64,000 nucleotides of DNA, taken from the NCBI RefSeq assembly GCF_039654945.1, contig NW_027361775.1:11656001-11720000 (forward strand), read 5' to 3'. How positions within the stretch are numbered: position 1 is the stretch's first letter; every line of letters starts with the position of its first letter. Shown piece by piece: positions 53,997-64,000 of the stretch. A program made the translations under genes and the position numbers. The stretch comes from Dendrobates tinctorius (taxonomy: Eukaryota). Under the pieces are notes generated by a model. It did no database searches. It saw only the letters and a list, made by a program, of their open reading frames with translations, and was not told the DNA's origin.

Positions 53997-54539
53997 CAAA
54001 TGGCTGAGTCTCATCCTAGTAAATAATACATAAAGCAACTTTTTTTTCACGTACCATTGGAACATGAGAAAAATCGGCCGTATGAACAAACGTATTCAAT
54101 AAAATTAGTCATTCTGTTAGTCGATGTAAAATCAGACAGAACATGTCCAATATATAATCTCGTCTGCATAAGCCATTAGTCATCAACTAGTTCTCTCATC
54201 TTTTTCACTGGCAGAGTTATACAACACATTACAGTCTTGAGTATTTGTCCAATTAGAGCCTTATCTTCATTTCACTATAACTTAGCTCTGAACAGGTATA
54301 CTTTCACTATCCTAAAATCATCCTAAAATGGTGGCTACATTCCCTGTGTAAACTTACATACAGGCTTTTTATTTTGCCCTTATTGGCTTAGATATTCCAT
54401 GTGAGGTGACAGCTGCAAGTCATTATTGGGGAAGCCTGCACCTGAGATCATGTCAGTCTGTTACATATGCAATCTTCAATGTGTAATATGCTGATGAGGA
54501 TTGATCCCCAAAGGATTGACTTCAAGAAAAATTTTCTTA

Positions 54540-55067
54540 GGCCTCTTTCACACATCAGTTTTTTGCCATCAGGCGCAATCCGGCCTTTTTTTGTAAAACC
54601 GGATCCGGCAAAATGCAATGCCGGATCCAGTTTTTCCCCCATTGACTTGCATTAGCGCCGGATCGCGCCGGATGGCATTGCGTCTCATGCGTTTTTTGCC
54701 GGATCCGGCTACTTGTCTCATTCCGGCGTCTGTAAAAAACGGCTACTGTAACGTTTTTTGTCTCCGGCGAAAAGGCCGGAAGCGCCGGATCCGACGCTTC
54801 CGGCTTTTTGCTACAATGAAAGTCTATGGGCGCTGGAATGCGCCGGATCCAGAAAAAGACGGATCCAGCCACCGGATCCGTTTTTTTAAGTCTGCGCATG
54901 CTCAGATCCAATTGGCCAGCCCCCAGGAAACAGATATAACCTGCTAGACGGATCTAGCAGAAAAACGGATCCGTTTCTACAGTTCTCCAAAATTTATGCC
55001 GGATCCGTTTTTTCTAAAAATAGCCGGATCCTGCCTGACGGCAAAAAACTGATGTGTGAAAGTAGCC
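54540..55067. mobile_element. Harbinger-type MITE rich in CCGGATCC
   Basis: TIR GGCCTCTTTCACACATCAGTTTTTTGCC / GGCAAAAAACTGATGTGTGAAAGTAGCC; TSD TTA/TTA. Confidence 0.9.
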
Positions 55068-55954
55068 TTAAATGTATGTTTTCACACAAATTTTAACACT
55101 TGGAGATTTGATTTGCAATTAGAAAAAAAAACCTTGCCCACCACCATTTTTCACACTGCTGAAGCATCAGAGAGTGGGCTAATGTTATTTTGCTTTGCCA
55201 TGCGGACTTTTCCATAATGCCAAGCAGCTCTGAAATATAGTAGGTTATCATACTTTATACAGTGGTTTTCAGTACCTGGGCCATCACAGATCAGCAGTTT
55301 CCAGTGGCGAACAATTTGTATAGTAGAGTCTTTTCCATCTCCAGTTTCACTGGGCAAGTCACTTTTGTAGTGTAAACTCTTATGGTCTGTGAGGTCATCT
55401 CTCCAGTAGTGTTGAGCGATACTTTCCAATATTGAGAAATATCGGATCGGATTGGATCGGACCGATAACCAAAAAGAATCGGGTATTGCCGATTCCGATA
55501 CCGGAAACCCCATGCAAGTCAATGGGACAGAAATATCGGAATTGAAAAAAAAAACCTTTCTTTACTTGCACATCCAGTTCGGGAGGGGGAAGAGTGTGGG
55601 CCGTGCATGGGCAGACACTGTGCATGTCTGTGTGTGTGGGCGGGGTCTGTATGGGCCTCTTGGGGGTCTGTGCGGGCCTGCCGGGGGTCTGTGCGGGCCT
55701 GCCGGGGGTCTGTACGGGCCTGCCGGAGGTCTGTGCGGGCTGCCGGGGGTCTGTGCGGACTGCCGGGGGTCTGTGCGGGCCTGCTGGGGCTCTGTGCGGG
55801 CCTGCTGGGGGTTGTGTGTGTGTGCAGGCATCGTCCGATGGGACTACAAGTCCCATCGGGCTATGCCTGCTACAATGACAGTGATTGACACATTAGCCAA
55901 TGATGGGACAGTAGTAGTCCCATCATCCGGCTAATGTGTTGAATGTAAAAAAAA

Positions 55955-56740
55955 ACATACATACTACATATATACTACATTCATACAACATTCATACAAC
56001 ATACATACATACTACATACATACTTCATATATACTATATTCATACAGCATACATACATACTACATACATACAACATACATACCACATACATACTTCATAT
56101 ATACTATATTCATACAACATACATACTGTACATACTACATACATACTACATATATACTACATTCATACAACATACATACTACATACATACTTCATATATA
56201 CTATATTCATACAACATACATACATACTACATACATACTACATATATACTACATTCATACAACATACATACATGCTACATACATACTTCATATATACTAC
56301 ATTCATGCAATATGCATACTACATGCATACTACATTCATACAACATACATACTACATACTTCATATATACTACATTCATAAAACATACATACATACTACA
56401 TACATACTACATATATACTACATTCATACACTACATATATACTACATTCATACAGCATACATACATACTACATACATACTTCATATATACTACATTCATA
56501 CAACATACATACATACTACATACTACATATATACTACATTCATACAACATACATACAACATACATACTACATATATACTACATTCATACAACATACATAC
56601 ATAGTACATACAACATACATACTACATGCATACAACATACATAAAACATGCTACAGACATACAACATACATACTACATACTATACATTCAGACATTCATA
56701 CAATACATACATATAGACATACAGTACATATAACATAGAG
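55955..56740. repeat. Complex (CATA/CTA)n microsatellite in the left arm; inverse (TATG/TAG)n at 57200-57337, 58559-59060 and 60144-60415
   Basis: Visible simple-repeat blocks on opposite strands. Confidence 0.92.
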
Positions 56741-57337
56741 TACATACTCACATCACTTGTCACTTTGATCCCCAAAGCCAGTGTCATCTTTACAAAATAT
56801 TAAAATAACAAACAAGCAATATACTCCCTGATCCGCAGAAATCCACGAGTGTCCCTCGACGATCTCCCGTGGAGAACAGCATCAGCTGATGCCACCGCTC
56901 TCTAGGGGCCCCAGGAATACAATGAGGGGAGGTAGGTGTCTTTCCGCACTGTATTCCTCCACCACTGTAAAATAAAGTTCCTAGTCTCATTTTTGGCATT
57001 GCTGTGTGAGAAAGTTCCCACGCAGCTTTTGCCATAAAGTGAGACCAGTGAACTATAGTAACCTCTCAGTGATGCAGTGCAGGAGATCAAAGTGGGACAC
57101 TCGTGGATTTCTGCGGATCAGTGAGTATATCAGTTGTTTGTTATTTTAATATTTTTTACAGTGAGATGACACTGGCTTTGGGGAACAAAGTGACAAGTGA
57201 TGTGAGTGTGTACTCTATGTTATATGTACTGTATGTCTATATGTATGTATTGTATGAATGTATGAATGTATTGTAGGTAGTATGTATGTAGTATGTATGT
57301 TGTATGTATGTAGCATGTTGTATGTATGTTGTATGTA

Positions 57338-58558
57338 CACTCACTGGCCACTTTATTAGGTACACCTGTCCAACTGTGTGTTAAGACTTAATTTCTAATC
57401 AGCCAATCACATGGTGGCAACTCAGTGCATTTAGGCATGTAGACATGGTCAAGACAATCTCCTGCAGTTCAAACCGAGCATCAGTATGGGGAAGAAAGGT
57501 GATTTGAGTGCCTTTGAACGTGGCATGATTGTTGGTGCCAGAAGGGCTGGTCTGAGAATTTCAGAAACTGCTGATCTACTGGGATTTTCACGCACAACCA
57601 TCTCTAGGGTTTACAGAGAATGGTCCGAAAAAGAAAAAAAATCCAGTGAGCGGCAGTTCTGTGGCCAGAAATGCCATGTTGATGCCAGAGGTCAGAGGAG
57701 AATGGGCAGACTGGTTCGAGCTGATAGAAAGGCAACAGTGACTCAAATTGCCACCCGTTACAACCAAGGTAGGCAGAAGAGCATCTCTGAACGCACAGTG
57801 CGTCGAACTTTGAGGCAGATGGGCTACAGCAGCAGAAGACCACACTGGGTACCACTCCTCTCAGCTAAGAACAGGAAACTGAGGCTACAATTTGCACAAG
57901 CTCATCGAAATTGGACAGTAGAAGATTGGAAAAACGTTGCCTGGTCTGATGAGTCTCGATTTCTGCTGCGACATTCGGATGGTAGGGTCAGAATTTGGCG
58001 TAAACAACATGAAAGCATGGATCCATCCTGCCTTGTATCAACGGTTCAGGCTGGTGGTGGTAGTGTCATGGTGTGGGGAATTTTTTCTGGGCACTCTTTG
58101 GGCCCCTTGGTACCAATTGAGCATCGTTGCAATGCCACAGCCTACCTGAGTATTGTTGCTGACCATGTCCATCCCTTTATGACCACAATGTACCCAACAT
58201 CTGATGGCTACTTTCAGCAGGATAATGCGCCATGTCATAAAGCTCGAATCATCTCAGATTGGTTTCTTGAACATGACAATGAGTTTACTGTACTCAAATG
58301 GCCTCCTCAGTCACCAGATCTCAATCCAATAGAGCATCTTTGGGATGTGGTGGAACGGGAGATTCGCATCAGGGATGTGCAGCCGACAAATCTGCGCCAA
58401 CTGTGTGATGCCATCATGTCAATATGGTCCAAAATCTCTGAGGAATGCTTCCAGCACCTTGTTGAATCTCTGCCACGAAGAATTGAGGCAGTTCTGAAGG
58501 CAAAAGGGGGTCCAACCCCTTACTAGCATGGTGTACCTAATAAAGTGGCCAGTGAGTG
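57338..58558 (+). mobile_element. Intact Tc1/mariner transposon, DD36E (Incomer-type)
   Basis: 1221 bp; perfect 29-bp TIR CACTCACTGGCCACTTTATTAGGTACACC; TA TSD. Confidence 0.95.
57486..58526 (+). CDS. Tc1-family transposase, 346 aa, DD36E
   Basis: Uninterrupted ORF with an HTH N-terminus, WSDES, FQQDNAP and [11 protein letters not shown]; 36 residues between the second D and the E. Confidence 0.95.
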   Translation: MGKKGDLSAFERGMIVGARRAGLRISETADLLGFSRTTISRVYREWSEKEKKSSERQFCGQKCHVDARGQRRMGRLVRADRKATVTQIATRYNQGRQKSISERTVRRTLRQMGYSSRRPHWVPLLSAKNRKLRLQFAQAHRNWTVEDWKNVAWSDESRFLLRHSDGRVRIWRKQHESMDPSCLVSTVQAGGGSVMVWGIFSGHSLGPLVPIEHRCNATAYLSIVADHVHPFMTTMYPTSDGYFQQDNAPCHKARIISDWFLEHDNEFTVLKWPPQSPDLNPIEHLWDVVEREIRIRDVQPTNLRQLCDAIMSIWSKISEECFQHLVESLPRRIEAVLKAKGGPTPY

Positions 58559-59058
58559 TATGTAGTAAGTATGTAGTATGTAGTATGTATGTATGTATGT
58601 TGCATGAATGTAGTATATATGTAGTATGTATGTAGTATGTATGTATGTTGTATGAATGTAGTATATATGTAGTATGTATATAGTATGTAGTATGTATGTT
58701 GTATGAATGTAGTATATATGAAGTATGTATGTGGTATGTATGTTTTATGAATGTAGTATATATGTAGTATGTATGTAGTATGTATGTATGTTGTATGAAT
58801 ATAGTATATATGAAGTATGTATGTAGTATGTATGTATGCTGTATGAATGTATTGTATGTAGTATGTATGTAGTATGTATGTTGTATGTATGTAGCATGTT
58901 GTTTGTATGTTGTATGTATGTAGCAACTATGTAGTATCTAGTATGTACAGTATGTATGTATGTATGTTGCATGAATGTAGTATATATGTAGTATGTATGT
59001 AGTATGTAGTAGGTATGTATGTTGTATGAATGTAGTATATATGTAGTATGTATGTAGT

Positions 59059-60143
59059 ATACAAATAAAGAAAAAAATAGAGTAGCCATAAACCACAATA
59101 GAAATGTAAGAAAAATGAAAAATCTTTATTAACACATCTTAAAACAAAATAAGACATTTATAAACACATAACAGAGGTAGATATACAAGGAATAATCCCA
59201 GTGTAGCACACGGTAGACATCCCTATATATAAAGTGACAGCAGGCCAAAGCACCATATGTTACAAGTATGAAACTTAGTCTAAGCACCAAAACGTATTGT
59301 GCAACTTATCCAGAGACAATGTCTCTATGTACCTAAAAAGGACCGGGTGCTGTATATAGCATGATGCTAAAATTTATATAAACAATTACTGGCTAGGAGA
59401 AAAATATATCAATCAATTCTGGGATCATACCAAATATCCATATTGCTCATGCCACTTACCCATAAGGGAATATAAATGCAGGGAGGATACCGCGTTCAAC
59501 CCCGACGCGCATTTCGCCTCGGCTTTCTCAAGGGGAAGTGCCTATCTATCCTCAAGCACCCATATATAAATGCAGCGTTCCAGGTGTAGCTAATCAGTAA
59601 CGGCGCATGCCCAGTGTAGCCGCATAGTAACCGCGCGATGACCTGCCGCCATCAGTGAGTGGCGCGCGTGCGCGGTGAAAAAACACCGCTAGACGTCATC
59701 AACACGCGCGCGACCCACAATATGATGGCCGGAGCATCGCGACCAATGCCGGGCACACCGCGCATGCGCTCAGGATCAGCGCCATGTTCTCGGAGACACT
59801 GCAAGCGGCCATACTTGTAACATATGGTGCTTTGGCCTGCTGTCACTTTATATATAGGGATGTCTACCGTGTGCTACACTGGGATTATTCCTTGTATATC
59901 TACCTCTGTTATGTGTTTATAAATGTCTGATTTTGTTTTAAGATGTGTTAATAAAGATTTTTCATTTTTCTTACATTTCTATTGTGGTTTATGGCTACTC
60001 TATTTTTTTCTTTATTTGTATGTTATTGGGAGTACTCCACTATTGTCTTATTAGCCCTAATTTTTGGTGGGGGAACTATGATTGTTTTCGAACTGGTTCC
60101 TGACCACGTTTTATAGTTATGAAGGTTTTGAATTTGTCTTCAA
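59059..60143. mobile_element. Penelope-like element fragment with an inverted duplication
   Basis: ~212-bp near-perfect inverted repeat (59059-59270 / 59810-60022); hammerhead-like motif at 59500-59535; interrupts the TATG microsatellite. Confidence 0.7.
59500..59535 (-). ncRNA. Degenerate minimal hammerhead-ribozyme-like motif
   Basis: Minus strand reads CCCC-UUGAGAAA-GCC-GA-GGC-GAAA-UGCGCGUC-GGGG; the core deviates from CUGANGA. Confidence 0.4.
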
Positions 60144-61145
60144 TATGTATGTAGTATGTAGTATGTATGTTGTATGAATGTAGTATATATGTAGTATGTA
60201 TGTAGTACTGTATGTATGTTGTATGAATGTAGTATGTATGTAGTATGAGGTATGTATGTATGTTGTATGAATGTAGTATATATGTAGTATGTATGTAGTA
60301 TGTATGTATTTAGTATGTATGAATGTAGTATATATGTAGTATGTATGTAGTATGTATGTATGTTGTATGAATGTTGTATATATGTAGTATGTATGTAGTA
60401 TGTAGTATGTATGTTTTATTGTTTTTTTTACATTCAACACATTAGCCGGATGATGGGACTACTACTGTCCCATAATTGGCTAATGTGTCAATCACTGTCA
60501 TTGTAGCAGGCATAGCCCGATGGGACTTGTAGTCCCATCGGACGATGCCTGCACGCACACACAACCCCCGGCAGGCCCGCACAGACCCCCGACAGGCCCG
60601 TACAGACCCCCGGCAGCCCACACAGACCCCGACAGACCCGTACATACCCCCGGCAGGCCCGCACAGACCCCGGCAGCCCGCACAGACCCCCGGCAGGCCC
60701 GCACAGACCCCCGGCAGGCCCACACAGACCGCGCATCATGATGCGCACAGACCACGCATAATGATGACATCATTTCAGCAGCCAATCACTGCCACAACAC
60801 TGGCTCATTGCATTATGGGAACTTCCGATTCCGGTATCCGACATTGTAAAAAAATCGGTACTCGGTATCGGAATTCCGATACAGCGAATATCGGCCCATA
60901 CCCGATATTTGCAGTATCGGAATGCTCAACACTACTCTCCAGTAGAATATAAAAGCTTATGTTCAGCAGAGTCATTTTTTGTGTGCCAAAATGTTTTGTC
61001 TAATAAAAGAAATATCATCTACAATTCTCACAGCGAGAGACCTTCTTACAACCGCACAGCCTATTTTAAAGTGTTTTTATTCCTTTGGTACATTTTACCT
61101 GATTAATCTCCTCCAGCCACAAGGCAGCAGCAGTTTGATTTTTAA

Positions 61146-63932
61146 CCCCTTAACGACCAAGCCATTTTGTAGGTTAAAGACCAGGCCTTAATTTTGAAAT
61201 CACACCACTGTCACTTTATGTGCTCACAACTCTGGAACGCTTCAACGGATCCTGCTGATTCTAAGATTGTTTTTTTTTATGACATATTGTACTTCATGTT
61301 AGTGGTAAAATATCTTTGATATGACTTGCGTTTATTTATGAAAAAACAGAAATATGGCAAAAAATTTTAAAATTTTGCAATTTTCAAACTTTTAATTTTT
61401 ATGCCCTTAAATCAGAGAGATATGTCACAAAAAATAGTTAATAAATAACATTTCCCACATGTCTACTTTACATCAGCACAATTTTGGAACCAAAATTATT
61501 TTTTGTTAGGAAGTTATAAGGATTAAAAGTTGACCAGCGATTTCTCATTTTTACAACAAAGTTTACAAAACCATTTTTTTAGGGACCACATCACATTTGA
61601 AGTCACTTTGAGGGGTCTATATGACAGAAAATACCCAAAAGTGACACCATTCTAAAAACTTCACCCCTCACGGTGTTCAAAACCACATTCAAGAAGTTTA
61701 TTAAACCTTTAGGTACTTCACAAGAATTGAAGCAATGTGGAAGGAAAAAAATGAACATTTAACTTTTTTTCCCCAAAGTGTAAATTTGGGCACAATTTTT
61801 TTTATTCTGTCAAGGGTTTCAGGAGAAAATGAACCACAATATTTGCTGTGCAATATCTCCTGAGTACATTGATACCCCATGTGTGGAGGAAGACCAATCT
61901 TTAGGTGCACGGCAGTGCTCAGAGGGAAAGGAGCATCATTTGAGATTTTGAATGTCAAATTGGCTGGAATCGAGAGCGGACGCCATGTTGCGTTTGGAGA
62001 GCCAATGATGTACCTAAACAGTGGAAACTCCACATAAGTGACCCCATTTTGGAAACTAGATCCCCCAAGGAACTTATCTAAATGTGTGGTGAGCACTTTG
62101 AACCCCCAAGGGCTTCACAGAAGTTTATAACTTAGAGCCGTAAAATTAAAAAATAATTTTTTCCACAAAAATGATCTTTTCACCCCCAATTTTTAATTTC
62201 TCAAATGTAACAGGACCCCAAAAGTTGTTGAGAAATTTGTCCTGAGTATGCAGATACCCCATATGTGGGGTTAAACCACTGTGTGGGTGCATGGCAGAGC
62301 TCGGAAGGGAAGGAGCGCTGTTTTGGAATGCAGACTTTGATGGAACGGTCTGCGTACGTCATGTTGTGTTTGCAGAGCCCCTGATGTGCCTAAACTGTGG
62401 AAACCCCCCACAAGTGACACCATTTTGGAAACTAGACCCACCAAGGAGCTTATCTAGATGTGTGGTGAACACTTTGAACCCCCAAGTGCTTTACAGAAGT
62501 TTATAATGTAGAGCCGTGAAAATAAAAAAATCATACTTTTTCTCAAAAATGATCTTTTTTTCCCCCAAATTTTTATTTTTACAATGGTAACAGGAGAAAT
62601 TAGATCACAAGAGTTGTTGTGCAATTAGTCTTGAGTAGGTTGATACCCCATAAGTGGGGGTAAACCACTGTGATCGCCTTACTGCGATCCTTGGGAGGCA
62701 GAATGCACAAATCCACAAAAGGTGAAAAATTAGTTTTATTTTTTATGCCATTCCTCCTGCGGTATTAGTGATATGGTGACTTCATTCCTTGGGTCAGTAC
62801 GATTGCAGCGATACCTCATTTATATAGTTTTTTTATATTTTGGTGTTTTTTACACAATAAAAACTTTTATAGAAAAAATAATTATTTTTGCATCACTTTA
62901 TTCTGCGAGCTAAAACCTTTTTATTTTTCTGCTGATGGAGCTGTATGGCAGCTCGTTTTTTGTGGTACAAGATGACGCTTTCAGAAGTACCATGTTTATT
63001 CATATATTTATCATTTTGATCGCGTGTTATTGCACTTTTTCCAAGGGGTATGATGATACCGCTTGGAAAAAGTATAATTTGCTACTTTTTTGTGTTTTTT
63101 TATGGCGTTCACTGAAGGGGTTATCTAGGGTGACACTTTTACAGATGGGATTTTTACAGTTGCGGCGATAAGAAACATGTGTGTTTTTTGTTTTTCTACA
63201 TAAAAATGTGTATTTTTAGGGGATTTTTTAATTATTTTTCATAATTTTTTAATATTTTTTTAAATGTTTTTTTTTACCTTGTCCCTTTATGGGACTTTCA
63301 CTTTCACTTTAGGTATAATACATTGCAATGCTCCAGCATTGTAATGTATTATGCCTATGCTGAAAGCTGCAGACACCATGGTTTCTGCAGCTTTCCATAG
63401 GTAAATGACCAGGAGGTTGTCATGACACCTCCAGGTCATCATGGCACAGGTCAGGCCCCACGATTACATAGCGGGGATGCCAACCTTAGGCAGAGGGAGC
63501 CCCCTACACTCTGCCTCCCCCTCTGAACTCTGCAATTGCGCTCGATCGCAGCAGTGAGGGGGTTAACAGCGGGGGCGGTGAGGGCGCCGCTCAGCTGTCA
63601 GTGGAGGATGCTCAGCCACTGCAGCTCTGAGCTCCTGCTCTAATCATCGGGCAGGAGATGCTGTCATTTTAGCCTCTCCTTCCTGATCGCTGCTGTGTTT
63701 GGTCAGTCAGATTGACTGACCAATCATAGCGCATGGGGTGCAGGGACCGACTGCAGGGGTCCCTGCACCCCTTGCTGTGCCAGTCAGCTGTCATAGACAT
63801 CTGTCAGCACTGAACTATCACTGCGTGTTTACACGCAGTGGCAGTTCAAAGCCATGACGTGTACAGTCCGTCATGGTGCTGGAAGTTACCTCCTGCCATG
63901 ACGGACTGTGCACATCAGTGGACATTAAGGGG
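61146..63932. mobile_element. Non-autonomous piggyBac-like element with ~375-bp internal repeats
   Basis: TTAA|CCCCTTAA...TTAAGGGG|TTAA; GAAACTAGA recurs at ~62052 and ~62428; paralogue of 44033-46457. Confidence 0.85.
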
Positions 63933-64000
63933 TTAAATCAGAGCCACCACACAGTCCCCTAGGTCAACAACCCCATTTTAAGATTTTTATCCTATCAAAT

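Larger units (their letters stand above)
55407..60934. mobile_element. 5.5-kb non-autonomous hAT foldback element with nested insertions
   Basis: TIR TAGTGTTGAGC / GCTCAACACTA; 8-bp TSD CTCTCCAG; internal inverted arms. Confidence 0.9.
1035..64000 (+). other. Probable intron 1 of CSMD1 (continues beyond the window)
   Basis: GT donor at 1035; no recognisable CUB-domain exon (QNCGG...) seen downstream; CSMD1 is known to have very long first introns. Confidence 0.7.

Noticed and set aside
55936-56644. His/Thr/Tyr-rich 222-aa ORF and its mirror ORFs at 58537-60440
   Set aside because: They are microsatellite translations.

Overview
Eukaryotic, AT-rich, transposon-dense vertebrate genomic DNA; the repeat repertoire looks anuran (frog). 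Near the start is the first coding exon of a CSMD1-like gene (968-1034, signal peptide MTALGTLKYLLFVCLGFLTAAK|G, phase-1 GT donor). I found no second host exon, so the remaining ~63 kb is probably its very long first intron. The intron is a mosaic of mobile elements: a full-length but disrupted L1 with target-site duplication (TSD); an intact Tc1/mariner with DD36E spacing (Incomer-type); four decayed Tc1 copies; non-autonomous Helitrons, including a head-to-tail pair and a palindrome with a Helitron 3' end on both sides; many Harbinger-type MITEs with TTA/TAA TSD; TTAA-flanked piggyBac-like and T2/Kolobok-like elements; hAT elements, including a 5.5-kb foldback with nested insertions; solo LTRs; Penelope-like fragments with degenerate hammerhead motifs; and several minisatellites. 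Most short ORFs in the track are artefacts of repeats and palindromes. Family assignments rest on terminal structure and recalled motifs, not on database searches. Coordinates were counted by hand and may be a few bases off.
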